Positions 38,649 through 48,661 of a stretch of DNA of 64,000 bases are shown here, one piece after another. Location: positions 6,106 through 70,105 of the forward strand of contig JBBQBA010000002.1 of NCBI GenBank assembly GCA_038317055.1, written 5' to 3'. The first letter of the stretch is position 1. Each line of letters starts with the position of its first letter. This stretch comes from Candidatus Saccharimonadales bacterium. Its GTDB lineage: Bacteria; Patescibacteriota; Saccharimonadia; Saccharimonadales; DATKHC01. The notes under the pieces are model-generated. The model was given only the letters and a program-made list of their open reading frames with translations. It ran no database searches and had not been told where the DNA came from. The translations under genes were made by a program, and so were the position numbers.

Positions 38649-41253
38649 TCGTTTGTTCAAAAAACGTTTTAACTTCGTTAAGTGATCTTGTACGCCATGC
38701 ACTCTGGAACTCCATTATTTCTAGGCCTTGCTTATACGATCTATCCATTGATGGGTTTAGTAACGGCTTAAAAAACTTCTTATATTCATGTATGAAAGTA
38801 TCTTCACTAAACGAGCGGGCTGCATAAATTGGCATCCTATAAAAAGACAAATCATTTCCTAGATTTTTTTCTAACCATTTCCAGTTATCTTTAAGCCATT
38901 CCCAGGTTTGATGTTTAGAATAACGGTTCATAAAACTAAATGCGATCCAATATGTCACGTCTTGAAGCCTAACATTATCTGACTTTATTTGATCAAGTGA
39001 ATTTTTTATTAGACCAGGCTGTTTAAAGGCAGTTAAAGCTCCAACTAGAGTGGTACGTTCTTCACTCATAGTTGATTGATTATGAAGTTTTAATAATTTA
39101 TCATATTCTTTTTTTCCACCTAATCGAGCTACCGTTCCGAATACTGTTCCACGCAAGTCAGGATCAAGAATTCCTCTTTTAACTTCTCCAGGTCTTGGCG
39201 AGGCACGCAGATCTGAACTAACATCATTTACTTCTTTAATATTTTTAAATATATCTAAACAATATTTAACAATTTTAGGTTCATCAGCTGCTGCTGCCAT
39301 GCTTAGTATTATCGGACGTAGTAATCTATCAAAATGACTGTCAACTTTTTTACGTTTTATACCAAGTCTTTTTAATTCAACACTAACCAGTTCTCTAATA
39401 TAGGGTTTCATGTCTTCTCGCAAAGCTTCGTCATCCATTACTGCTCTAATACTACCGATTGAAGAAGAAATGATATCCCAAACAGCAAAATTATCTTCGT
39501 TCTTAAAGAAAGTAAGGAAATGTAGCGCTTCTGCGGTATCAAATTTACCAGCTTTCGCGGTTTCAAATACATCGCTCAATATACCCAGTCTATCGATTGG
39601 TTTTAACTTTCCTCGTTTAATTAGTTCTCCTAATTTTTCAAGGTGAGTTGGGTTATATATAGTTCTATAAAAACCTGTTTGACCCATATTTAATTTAAAG
39701 TCACTGTAAGTTTCCTTAAAAATTTTATGTCGAACATTTAAATCTTTAGAAAACTTGTTATTACTTGGAAATAAAGCAACCGGCCAAATGGTGTCGTCGC
39801 TTATTTTGGCTTTTGGATTAATAAAGAATCTTTGTTGAGCAAGAGTAATATTTTTATCGGTAACATTACACTCTACCATCGGGAAACCAGAAGATGTTGT
39901 CCATTTGTGCATGAAGTTTTTGACAGGTTTTTTCGATACATCCTCAAGCGCTTTCCATAAATCTATCGTATCAGTATTTGAATATGCATGTTTTTCTAAA
40001 TAATATCTTAGCCCAAGTTTAAAGTTTTCTGGTCCGACAAATTGATGAAGCATATGAATAACACTTGCCCCTTTTGAATAACTTATTGCATCGAAAATAG
40101 TTCTAATTTCATCTGGGTGTTTGACCTGAACTTCTATAGGGTGAGTATTTTCAAGTGCATCCAAGCTAAGTGCTTGATGTTGTTCGTCAACAGCAAACTG
40201 TATCCATAATTGCCACTCTGGAAATATTGTGTCAATTGCTAGATATTCCATCCAACTTGCAAAGCCTTCATTTAGCCATAAATCTGTCCACCAGCGCATT
40301 GTTACTAGGTTACCAAACCATTGATGTGCGAGTTCATGTGCAACTACCAACGCAACATATTGTTTACTAGCTAGTGAAGTATTACTAGGGTCAACTAATA
40401 GTGCCTGTTCTCGAAATGTGATACAACCCCAATTTTCCATAGCACCAGCGGAAAAGTCAGGAAGTGCAATAAGATCGCATTTATCGAGCGGATAGTCTAT
40501 ACCAAAGTACTGATTATAAAAATCTAGGCATTTAACCGCTACATCTAATGCAAAATCTACATATTCAACTTTATCTTGAGTAGCATATGTTCGAACTACT
40601 ACACCTTTTTTGGTTTTAGCTTCTTTGTACTTTATGTCTCCGAGCACAAATGCCAATAGATATGTACTCATTTTAGGTGTTGTTTCAAAAGTTGTAGTTT
40701 TTTTCGATTTTTCAATAACTTCTGTAGCTATATTCGTATTAGCAATTACTGTATCTACTTTATTTGTAGTCATTATTAAATCAAAAGTTGCTTTGGCGGC
40801 TGGTTCATCGATGCATGGGAAGACTTCTCTTGCATGATGGCTTTCAAATTGTGTAGCTAGTAGTTCTTTGTCTTTGCCATTTTGTTTATAGAAACTAGGA
40901 TACATACCATTCATTTGGCGAGTTATTTTTCCTGTAAAACTTAGTTCTATTGTGTATCTACCAGATCGAAGTTTATCTGAACTATGAAGTCTTAATTCTT
41001 GTAATTTATCTTGTTGGTTGATTCTAGATATCTTAATATCATTTGTTGATTTCTTGTCAAGATAAGTAACGATAGCTTTAGTAATTTTAAGACCAGATTG
41101 ATGAAAAACTAATCTTTGACTTGTAGGCCCGATTTTTAGACCTTCGATAGTAACTTTGCCTTTGAAAGTTTTATTGGATTGGTCTGGCTCTAGACTAAGT
41201 AGATAGTGTTTAGGTTTGAATTGGTCATATAACTGTTTCACGGAAGTCTTCAT
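38632..41253 (-). CDS. pepN: M1-family zinc aminopeptidase (aminopeptidase N type with ERAP1-like C-terminal domain)
   Basis: GAMENWG exopeptidase motif and HELAHQWFGNLVT...WLNEGFA zincin motif. 873 aa. Confidence 0.9.
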   Translation of the reverse strand: MKTSVKQLYDQFKPKHYLLSLEPDQSNKTFKGKVTIEGLKIGPTSQRLVFHQSGLKITKAIVTYLDKKSTNDIKISRINQQDKLQELRLHSSDKLRSGRYTIELSFTGKITRQMNGMYPSFYKQNGKDKELLATQFESHHAREVFPCIDEPAAKATFDLIMTTNKVDTVIANTNIATEVIEKSKKTTTFETTPKMSTYLLAFVLGDIKYKEAKTKKGVVVRTYATQDKVEYVDFALDVAVKCLDFYNQYFGIDYPLDKCDLIALPDFSAGAMENWGCITFREQALLVDPSNTSLASKQYVALVVAHELAHQWFGNLVTMRWWTDLWLNEGFASWMEYLAIDTIFPEWQLWIQFAVDEQHQALSLDALENTHPIEVQVKHPDEIRTIFDAISYSKGASVIHMLHQFVGPENFKLGLRYYLEKHAYSNTDTIDLWKALEDVSKKPVKNFMHKWTTSSGFPMVECNVTDKNITLAQQRFFINPKAKISDDTIWPVALFPSNNKFSKDLNVRHKIFKETYSDFKLNMGQTGFYRTIYNPTHLEKLGELIKRGKLKPIDRLGILSDVFETAKAGKFDTAEALHFLTFFKNEDNFAVWDIISSSIGSIRAVMDDEALREDMKPYIRELVSVELKRLGIKRKKVDSHFDRLLRPIILSMAAAADEPKIVKYCLDIFKNIKEVNDVSSDLRASPRPGEVKRGILDPDLRGTVFGTVARLGGKKEYDKLLKLHNQSTMSEERTTLVGALTAFKQPGLIKNSLDQIKSDNVRLQDVTYWIAFSFMNRYSKHQTWEWLKDNWKWLEKNLGNDLSFYRMPIYAARSFSEDTFIHEYKKFFKPLLNPSMDRSYKQGLEIMEFQSAWRTRSLNEVKTFFEQTTKLHI

Positions 41254-41289
41254 TCATTTAATTCTAGCATGGGTTCTGGTCTACATTAG

Positions 41290-41318
41290 TTGCAATAAAC
41301 ACTACGCTGAGATATAAT
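41290..41318 (+). promoter_or_regulatory. Sigma70-like promoter of nusA
   Basis: TTGCAA (41290-41295), exactly 17 nt, TATAAT (41313-41318). Confidence 0.5.
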
Positions 41319-41330
41319 TACTATGTTCAG

Positions 41331-41355
41331 GTCGGCCAATCGGGTCGGCTTTTTT
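41331..41355 (+). terminator. Weak intrinsic terminator-like hairpin in the nusA leader
   Basis: GTCGGCC (41331-41337) pairs with GGTCGGC (41343-41349): 7 bp including two G-U pairs, with a 5-nt loop, followed by T6 (41350-41355). It lies between the promoter and the nusA ATG. Confidence 0.4.
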
Positions 41356-41382
41356 CATAAAAACCCGGAAAGGAAATTATTT

Positions 41383-42600
41383 ATGGAACTTGATATGAAA
41401 CAGCTAGCAATAGCTATAAAATCAATTGCTGAAGAAAAAAATCTGCCTGAAGATGTAGTTCAAGACGCGGTAGAACAAGCACTTGCAGCCGCCTATAGAC
41501 GTGATTATGGTGAACGTGAACAAGAAGTCCGAGTAACCATGAATCTTAATACTGGTCAAGTTGACGCATTCGTAACAAAAACAGTTGTAGACAATGTTGA
41601 AGACGAAGTTGTAGAGATAACTCTTGCTGATGCGAAAAAAATAAATCCTGAAGTAAAAGTTGATGAGACAGTTGAAGTACATGAACAAATTACTCAGTTT
41701 GGACGTGTAGCTGCTCAAACCGCTAAGCAAGTTATATTACAAAGACTACGTGAGGCTGAGCGCGAAATTATAATGAATGAATATGAAGATAAAATTGGGA
41801 CTGTTATTAACGGTATCGTTGCTCGAGTAGAAGGCCGAATAGTTAGAGTCGATCTTGGAAAAGCTCAAGGAATTATGCCTCAAAGTGAACAGATACAAAA
41901 TGAACGATATTATCCAGGTCAAAGAATTAAAGTTTTTCTTAAAGATGTTGAAAGAGGCTTTCGTGGGCCACAATTAGTTGTTTCTCGTGGGAGCACCCAA
42001 TTTATTGAATGGTTATTTCGTGCTGAAGTTCCTGAAATGGAATCTGGCGCTGTTGAAATCAAAGGTATTGCGCGAGAAGGTGGTGTAAGAACTAAACTTG
42101 CTGTAACTAGTACAGTACCTGGTGTTGATCCTGTTGGAACTTTCGTTGGTGGACATGGTACACGTGTAAACGCAGTTATGAGTGAAGTCGGTGATCAGGA
42201 AAAGATTGACATAGTTGTTTGGGATGGAGAAACTATACCCTATATAACTAATGCGTTAAGTCCTACTAAAGTAACTAAAGTAGTTCTAAATGAAACAAAT
42301 AAAAAAGCTGAAGTGTTTGTACCTGAAGATCAGTTAAGTGTTGCTATTGGTAAGAATGGCCAAAATGTCCGATTAGCTAGTAAGCTTACTGGTTACGATA
42401 TTGATATAACTTCTGACGAACAAGCATCAGTTGCACCGGATATTCAAGACGAGAAACCATCATCGGACACAAAAGTTGAAGCAAAGCCTGAGGACAAACC
42501 TGTAACTCAAAAGCTAAAGAAAAAAGAACAATTAGAAAGTAGTTTACTTGATGCCATCAATGAACATGGCGAAGAAGTAGAGACAACAGAAGATAAATAA
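41383..42600 (+). CDS. nusA: Transcription termination/antitermination factor NusA
   Basis: N-terminal domain, S1 (GIVARVEGRIVRVDLG) and two KH domains (GPVGACVG-like VDPVGTFVGGHGTRV, AIGKNGQNVRLASKLTG), plus an acidic tail. I prefer ATG 41383 (GGAAAGGAAA upstream). The listed start 41323 falls in the leader. Confidence 0.9.
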   Translation: MELDMKQLAIAIKSIAEEKNLPEDVVQDAVEQALAAAYRRDYGEREQEVRVTMNLNTGQVDAFVTKTVVDNVEDEVVEITLADAKKINPEVKVDETVEVHEQITQFGRVAAQTAKQVILQRLREAEREIIMNEYEDKIGTVINGIVARVEGRIVRVDLGKAQGIMPQSEQIQNERYYPGQRIKVFLKDVERGFRGPQLVVSRGSTQFIEWLFRAEVPEMESGAVEIKGIAREGGVRTKLAVTSTVPGVDPVGTFVGGHGTRVNAVMSEVGDQEKIDIVVWDGETIPYITNALSPTKVTKVVLNETNKKAEVFVPEDQLSVAIGKNGQNVRLASKLTGYDIDITSDEQASVAPDIQDEKPSSDTKVEAKPEDKPVTQKLKKKEQLESSLLDAINEHGEEVETTEDK

Positions 42601-42604
42601 TCCC

Positions 42605-42880
42605 CTAAGGGTGAAGACCTCGCATTCCATCACCTATGTAATTAAAAATTGTTTGATCGTTTTTTGATACTGCCCAGAATCCAATACCTATAAAAGCTGT
42701 TAATCCAATAGCTATCTTTGCACTTTGAATTCTTTGATGCCAATTATATGAATTTTCTGGATTAAGATGATCTAAATATAATTCGGTTTCTTCGATTAAT
42801 TTCTCTGGACCTTGACTTAAGAAGACCTGTGCATCATAAACGCCATCTTTAGAGTATCTTTTGTTCGTAGGTATATCCAT
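42605..42880 (-). CDS. Small single-pass membrane protein, hypothetical
   Basis: 91 aa with one hydrophobic helix (IAIGLTAFIGIGFWAV). Confidence 0.5.
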   Translation of the reverse strand: MDIPTNKRYSKDGVYDAQVFLSQGPEKLIEETELYLDHLNPENSYNWHQRIQSAKIAIGLTAFIGIGFWAVSKNDQTIFNYIGDGMRGLHP

Positions 42881-42970
42881 TTGACCATCCCGATTAATTT
42901 ACAGACTGTTATTTAACCATAAAGTTATACATCAAGCAAAGTTCAAAATAATAATGAATTACTCTATAAA

Positions 42971-42997
42971 TTAGCACTCTTGACTCACGAGTGCTAA
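42971..42997. promoter_or_regulatory. CIRCE operator (HrcA binding site), perfect consensus
   Basis: TTAGCACTC-TTGACTCAC-GAGTGCTAA equals the consensus TTAGCACTC-N9-GAGTGCTAA. The spacer contains TTGACT (42980-42985), and TATTAT (43002-43007) follows after 16 nt. The site is 64 nt upstream of the clpC ATG. Confidence 0.85.
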
Positions 42998-43060
42998 ATG
43001 ATATTATGTATATAGTGATATTTCAAAATAATTCACAAGAAAAGGTGGTTAATAAAACTT

Positions 43061-45541
43061 ATGATACCTAATTCACCAGATTTTCAAGATTTCATTAATC
43101 ATTTAACTGATAATGCACTGCAAAGCCTAAAACACGCAGATGCAATAGCTCGTGGTTTTGGAAGTGCTTATATTGGTACAGAACACTTACTTTTAGGAGT
43201 TTTAGCTCAAGAAACGTCAATGGGTGCAAAAATTTTAGAAGGTGCTGGAGTTACACTAGATCGAGCTAGATTAGCTCTTAATTTAACACCGAAGACACTT
43301 GTAATAAATCCAGCGACTAAGAATCTAAGTGAAACAGCTAAGCTCACTCTAAAGATGGCTCAAGAATTTGCACAAGATTATAACCAGGAATTTACTGGAA
43401 CAGAACATATTATTTTTAGCATTCTAAGTCAAAAAAATGCACGTGCAACCATACTACTTAGAGACATGAGTGTGGATGTAGATAATTTAACAAATGAAGT
43501 TCAACAATTTCTTGATCGTCAAAACTATGACGATTCTAGTGAATATGCAACTGAAGGTCGTAGACATACTAAACGTCAACGTAAAACTACCCTAGATTTC
43601 TATGGCGTCGATATGACACAACAAGCTCGTGCCGGTAAACTTGATCCTGTAGTTGGTCGTGAAGCTCAGATTCGTCGTGTAGTTACTATTTTGAATAGAA
43701 GAACAAAAAATAATCCAGTTTTAATTGGTGAACCTGGTGTTGGTAAAACCGCTATAGCTGAGGGTTTAGCTCAAAGAATAATCTCAGAAGATGTTCCTGA
43801 TTCATTAATAGATAAGCGAATAGTAATGCTTGATCTTGCCGGAATGATAGCTGGGACTAAATACCGTGGTGAGTTCGAAGAACGTCTTAAAAAAGTCATG
43901 AACGAACTTGAAAATGATAACAATACAATTTTATTTATTGATGAGTTACATTTAATAGTCGGCGCTGGTGCTGCAGAAGGTGCTATGGATGCTGGTAATA
44001 TTTTAAAGCCGGCTCTAGCCAGGGGTAAAATACAAGTAATCGGTGCGACAACTACTGATGAATATACTAAACATATAGAAAAAGATGCTGCGCTAGAGCG
44101 TCGTTTCCAACCAATACAAGTACCAGAAGCTACACTTCCAGAATCAATCGCCATTTTAAAAGGACTTCGCAAACATTATGAAGAATTTCACGGAGTAAAA
44201 ATAAGTGATGAAGTAATTGAAGATACAGTAAATTTTGCACACAGATATGTGAATGATCGTTACATGCCAGACAAAGCAATAGATCTATTAGATGAGACTT
44301 CAGCATATATTCGAATCGACAAAGGTAAAACGCCACCAGATGTAAGACGACTTCAGAAGGAACTAAAACTAGTAAACACAAGAATTGATGAGGCCGTAGA
44401 AGCTGAGAATTATGAAAACGCTGCTAAGTATAAAACGCGTGCTAGCCAGATTAATGACGATCTTAAAAAGCTACAAGCTGGTAATAAGGGCCGAAGTAAA
44501 CTCAGTTTAACAAGTGATGATGTAGCAGAAGTAGTAGCTAGAATGACAGGAGTTCCAGTTAAGAAAGTAATTCGATCAGAAGCTAAATACTTATTAAACC
44601 TCGAGAAAACCATCGGTAAACACGTTATAGGCCAATCTGAAGCTGTTGAATCGGTCGCAAAAGCAATTAGGCGTAATCGTGTTGGTGTTGGTAGTGGCAA
44701 AAGACCAATCGGTTCATTCGTTTTTTTGGGACCCACTGGTGTAGGAAAAACTGAACTAGCAAGAGTACTCGCTAAAGAATTCTTTGGTGGTGAATCAGCA
44801 TTAATTAAGATCGACATGAGCGAGTTCGGTGAAAGACATACTGTAGCCCGACTTGTTGGTGCACCAGCTGGTTATGTTGGATATGATGAAGGTGGACAAT
44901 TAACAGATAAAATTAGAAGACAACCCTATAGTTTAGTATTGTTTGATGAAATAGAAAAAGCTCACCCAGAAGTATTTAATATGCTACTACAAATTCTAGA
45001 AGATGGTGTTCTGACAGACGCTAAAGGAAGACAAATCGACTTTACAAATACTATAGTTATCATGACTAGTAATATCGGTGCAGATAAACTCCAAAAAGAA
45101 GCTTCTCTAGGATTTCAGGCATCGGCACCAGATGAGTTAAAAGATCTAGATAACTTACATGCAGCAAATAAAGACAAAGTTCAAGATGATCTAAAAAAGA
45201 TGATGCGACCAGAACTTCTTAATCGAATAGATAAAATTATTGTTTTCCGAGCTCTGACTAAAGCCGACATCTTAAGAATTATGGATCTTCAAATTGATGA
45301 ACTTAAACAAAGACTTATTAAACATGGCATTTCAATTAAATTAACTGAATCAGGCAAAAAGTACTTATTGGATAAAGGTTATGATGCCCATAATGGGGTT
45401 AGACCTCTTAGGCGACTTATACAAGACACAATAGAAGATGAAGTAGCTTCAAATATTTTAGATGACAAACTTCCTAAGGGCAGTATAATTCAAGTTAGTG
45501 CGCAGAAAGATAAGCTAAACTACAAAACATTAACTGAATAA
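43061..45541 (+). CDS. clpC: ATP-dependent Clp protease ATP-binding subunit ClpC
   Basis: Two Clp_N repeats, AAA-1 (GEPGVGKTA), a UVR-like linker ([10 protein letters not shown]), AAA-2 (GPTGVGKTE), and the C-terminal D2-small domain. Confidence 0.9.
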   Translation: MIPNSPDFQDFINHLTDNALQSLKHADAIARGFGSAYIGTEHLLLGVLAQETSMGAKILEGAGVTLDRARLALNLTPKTLVINPATKNLSETAKLTLKMAQEFAQDYNQEFTGTEHIIFSILSQKNARATILLRDMSVDVDNLTNEVQQFLDRQNYDDSSEYATEGRRHTKRQRKTTLDFYGVDMTQQARAGKLDPVVGREAQIRRVVTILNRRTKNNPVLIGEPGVGKTAIAEGLAQRIISEDVPDSLIDKRIVMLDLAGMIAGTKYRGEFEERLKKVMNELENDNNTILFIDELHLIVGAGAAEGAMDAGNILKPALARGKIQVIGATTTDEYTKHIEKDAALERRFQPIQVPEATLPESIAILKGLRKHYEEFHGVKISDEVIEDTVNFAHRYVNDRYMPDKAIDLLDETSAYIRIDKGKTPPDVRRLQKELKLVNTRIDEAVEAENYENAAKYKTRASQINDDLKKLQAGNKGRSKLSLTSDDVAEVVARMTGVPVKKVIRSEAKYLLNLEKTIGKHVIGQSEAVESVAKAIRRNRVGVGSGKRPIGSFVFLGPTGVGKTELARVLAKEFFGGESALIKIDMSEFGERHTVARLVGAPAGYVGYDEGGQLTDKIRRQPYSLVLFDEIEKAHPEVFNMLLQILEDGVLTDAKGRQIDFTNTIVIMTSNIGADKLQKEASLGFQASAPDELKDLDNLHAANKDKVQDDLKKMMRPELLNRIDKIIVFRALTKADILRIMDLQIDELKQRLIKHGISIKLTESGKKYLLDKGYDAHNGVRPLRRLIQDTIEDEVASNILDDKLPKGSIIQVSAQKDKLNYKTLTE

Positions 45542-45548
45542 GGAAAAT

Positions 45549-46535
45549 ATGAAAAAACCTAGGTCAAAAGGATTAGGCCTATTAATAACTATACTTGTAG
45601 TCATTGGCTTAGTTTTTATTGGCTGGGCAAATCGATTTAATATATATAATGAACTCAGACTTTACGGATACAATCCACCAGCTTCGATAGTACAGCTTGC
45701 TGATCAAACAACCATGACACCATATGCGCGTAAATTATTTTATGTTTATCATCCAGCCGTTCAAAACAGCGAAAATTTTAATCAAAATTGTAAAGTAGCG
45801 GAACAAGCTGAAGTACTTGGTTGTACGGTTATATATAAAGGAATTTATTTATATAACGTTCAAGAACCTGAGCTTAATGGAGTCGAACAAGTTACTGCGG
45901 CTCATGAAACTCTACATGCAATATATTCACAACTAAGTGCTTCTAATAAAAAACATGTAGATAGTATGGTTATGTCAGCTTATTCACAGCTCTCATCAAC
46001 TAATCCAACACTTAAAACCGAATATGATTTATATGTTAAATCGGAGGGAGTAAGTTCAATTCCAAATGAAATGCATTCGATTCTAGGTACTACTGTTGCG
46101 ACCCTACCATCCGATCTAGAAGCTTATTACAAAAAATACTTTACAGACCGACAAACTATAGTGAATTATTATAATACTTATGAGGCAGCTTTCACTCAAA
46201 GGCAACAGGCAGTAAAAACTGACGACATCCAATTAAATTCTTGGCAAGCTACTATAACGGCAAATAGACAAACATTACAAACTCAAGGTCAGGCGTTACA
46301 AGCTCAACAAGCTCAGTTAAATTCACTTCGATCATCTAATCAAATTGCCGCTTACAATGCTGGTGTTAGTTCTTATAATCAGGCCGTAGATAGTTATGAT
46401 AATTTAGTTGAACAAACAAAATCTCTAATTTCCCAATATAATGCGCTAATAGTTAGTAGAAACGCGATAGCAGTACAAGAAAACAATCTAATTAAATCAA
46501 TAAGCAGTCAACCAAGTACTATAACTACTCAGTAA
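45549..46535 (+). CDS. Membrane-anchored hypothetical protein with an HExxH motif and a Gln-rich coiled coil
   Basis: An N-terminal TM (LGLLITILVVIGLVFIGW), AAHETLHAIY (HExxH at nt 45903-45917), and a C-terminal Q/N/A-rich heptad region. It sits 8 nt after clpC and 28 nt before radA. Confidence 0.6.
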   Translation: MKKPRSKGLGLLITILVVIGLVFIGWANRFNIYNELRLYGYNPPASIVQLADQTTMTPYARKLFYVYHPAVQNSENFNQNCKVAEQAEVLGCTVIYKGIYLYNVQEPELNGVEQVTAAHETLHAIYSQLSASNKKHVDSMVMSAYSQLSSTNPTLKTEYDLYVKSEGVSSIPNEMHSILGTTVATLPSDLEAYYKKYFTDRQTIVNYYNTYEAAFTQRQQAVKTDDIQLNSWQATITANRQTLQTQGQALQAQQAQLNSLRSSNQIAAYNAGVSSYNQAVDSYDNLVEQTKSLISQYNALIVSRNAIAVQENNLIKSISSQPSTITTQ

Positions 46536-46563
46536 CTGGTAAAATAATATACAAAGAGAGATT

Positions 46564-47907
46564 ATGGCAAAAAAAGGTAGTATTCAATATGTATGTAGTA
46601 ACTGTGGTGCATCTAGCAGCAGTTGGAGTGGTCGTTGTTACAATTGCGGGGAATGGAATACGCTTCAAGAACAGACCTTACTGGGAAGCTCTGAAACTTC
46701 TAAAGGACGAAAACTTCAAGTTGCCACAGTTCTAACAAGTCTTAAAAACGATTTACCAAGAATGGTATCCGGAATTGATGAAGTAGATAAAGTTATTGGT
46801 GGCGGATTAGTTGCTGGCAGTGTAATACTTTTAGCTGGTCAGCCGGGAATTGGCAAAAGCACGCTACTTATGCAACTTGCTAATGCTTTAGCAGCTAAAA
46901 ACAAAGTTTTATATGTCAGCGGTGAAGAATCAGCCCATCAGGTGAGTATGAGAGCAAGCCGACTGGGTGCTGGTTCCAAAAATCTCGAAATTGCGAATTC
47001 TAATTCTACAGATGATATTGTTGCAACAATTAACGAAGACGACTATAGATTAGTCATCGTTGATTCGATCCAAACACTCACTTGTACTGGCGTAACATCA
47101 GCCGCCGGTAGCGTAAATCAAATCACAAACTCTACTTATTTATTAAGTGCAGCCGCTAAACGGACCAATACAGCAGTTATTTTAGTTGGACATGTGACGA
47201 AAGAAGGGAATATAGCTGGTCCTAAATTACTTGAACACATGGTTGACGTAGTCTTACAAATAGAGGGGGATCGGTACGGTGGATTTAAGGTATTACGAGC
47301 TTCAAAAAATCGCTATGGTTCAATAGAAGAAGCTGGCATTTTTGAAATGGTAGAAGAAGGTTTTCGAGTTGTTGAAAACCCATCAGCTGCCCTGTTATCC
47401 GAAAGACAAGTGAGTGATGGTTCCGTAGTACTTGCGACTATGGAAGGAAGTCGGCCAATACTCGTCGAAGTCCAAGCTTTGGTTAATAAAACAAGCTATG
47501 GTTATCCAAAACGTACTGCAAGTGGCTTTGATCTAAATCGATTGAATCTACTAGTCGCTATGCTTGAAAAGCGAACCAAACTAAATCTTTCTGGAAGTGA
47601 CATATATATAAATATAGTTGGTGGTATAAAAATAAATGAACCAGCTGCCGATCTTGCTGTATGTATGGCAATTGCATCTGCCACAAAGGGCATGCAACTA
47701 AAAAGTGATGCTGTAGTATTTGGAGAAGTTGGACTCTCGGGCGAAGTAAGGCATGTACCATTTGTTGAAAAACGATTAGCTGAAGCAAGTAAGTTGGGTT
47801 TTGTTAGTACTATCGGACCGGTTTCAAAAGTTATAAAAAATAAATTATCTCATCATGGTGTAGCGAATGTTAGAAATGCGCTAAACTCATTCTTAGAGAA
47901 GGATTAA
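46564..47907 (+). CDS. radA: DNA repair protein RadA
   Basis: N-terminal Zn ribbon (CSNCG...CYNCGEW), Walker A GQPGIGKST, KNRYG, and a Lon-like C-terminal domain. Confidence 0.95.
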   Translation: MAKKGSIQYVCSNCGASSSSWSGRCYNCGEWNTLQEQTLLGSSETSKGRKLQVATVLTSLKNDLPRMVSGIDEVDKVIGGGLVAGSVILLAGQPGIGKSTLLMQLANALAAKNKVLYVSGEESAHQVSMRASRLGAGSKNLEIANSNSTDDIVATINEDDYRLVIVDSIQTLTCTGVTSAAGSVNQITNSTYLLSAAAKRTNTAVILVGHVTKEGNIAGPKLLEHMVDVVLQIEGDRYGGFKVLRASKNRYGSIEEAGIFEMVEEGFRVVENPSAALLSERQVSDGSVVLATMEGSRPILVEVQALVNKTSYGYPKRTASGFDLNRLNLLVAMLEKRTKLNLSGSDIYINIVGGIKINEPAADLAVCMAIASATKGMQLKSDAVVFGEVGLSGEVRHVPFVEKRLAEASKLGFVSTIGPVSKVIKNKLSHHGVANVRNALNSFLEKD

Positions 47908-47910
47908 ATT

Positions 47911-48627
47911 ATGCAAATTATCGAAATTATCTTACTAGTTATTATTCTAGGAATATTATTAGTAAAACAAAAACCAAAAATAACTAAATCTAAAACTGCC
48001 AGGAAAGTAATACTTGATACTTGTGCATTAATTGACGGAAGAATAGTTGATCTTAGTAACACTGGGTTTGTACCTGACCAATTAATAGTTCCTGAGTTCA
48101 TTATTAGCGAACTTCAAATGCTTGCAGACGGTAATGACTCACATAAAAGGGAGAGAGCTAGATTTGGACTTGATGTTGTTAAAGATCTTCAGGCAAGTAA
48201 ATATTGTTCTGTAATCGTTGATAGCTCCTTTATGAGCGATAATATGCCTACTGACGATAAATTGGTCGCACTAGCCATTAAACTAAACTGTCCACTTTAT
48301 ACTACAGATTTTAATCTGAATAAAGTTGCAGATATTAAAGGAGTAAAAGTACTTAATGTTAATGAACTCGCTCAAGAACTACGCCCATCTGTTCTTCCGG
48401 GAGAAAGAAAGAGCATTAAGATATTACAAAAAGGCAGCAACCCTTCACAAGGAGTTGGTTACATGGATGACGGCACTATGATAGTTATAGAGAACGGAGC
48501 TAGATTAATGGGCAAAACAGTAGAGGTTGAAATTGAAAGATCTTTTCAAACCGTTGCTGGAAAAATGTTGTTTGCTCAGTTAATCGACAAACCCAACTTT
48601 AAACCAAATATTCGCAGACGAAAATAA
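47911..48627 (+). CDS. PIN/TRAM-domain protein (YacL-like)
   Basis: An N-terminal TM, a PIN core (VILDTCALIDGRI, TDDKLVALA, TTDFNLNKVA) and a C-terminal TRAM (GVGYMDDGTMIVIENG). The clpC-radA-yacL order matches Firmicutes synteny. Confidence 0.8.
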   Translation: MQIIEIILLVIILGILLVKQKPKITKSKTARKVILDTCALIDGRIVDLSNTGFVPDQLIVPEFIISELQMLADGNDSHKRERARFGLDVVKDLQASKYCSVIVDSSFMSDNMPTDDKLVALAIKLNCPLYTTDFNLNKVADIKGVKVLNVNELAQELRPSVLPGERKSIKILQKGSNPSQGVGYMDDGTMIVIENGARLMGKTVEVEIERSFQTVAGKMLFAQLIDKPNFKPNIRRRK

Positions 48628-48661
48628 CCTACTGAGTATTTTTTATAATCAGCCAACTGTG

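Noticed and set aside
41323-41382. The longer nusA start (MFRSANRVGFFHKNPERKLF...) given in the ORF track.
   Set aside because: That ATG lies 5 nt after the TATAAT -10 and would run through the leader hairpin and T-tract. ATG 41383 has a GGAAAGGAAA Shine-Dalgarno, and the NusA homology begins there.
42881-42970. CtsR operator (tandem GGTCAAA repeats) upstream of clpC.
   Set aside because: Only a single TTTGACC (reverse-complement GGTCAAA) occurs, at 42883-42889, overlapping the start codon of the divergent small gene. There is no tandem heptad repeat, and the CIRCE element is the only convincing operator.
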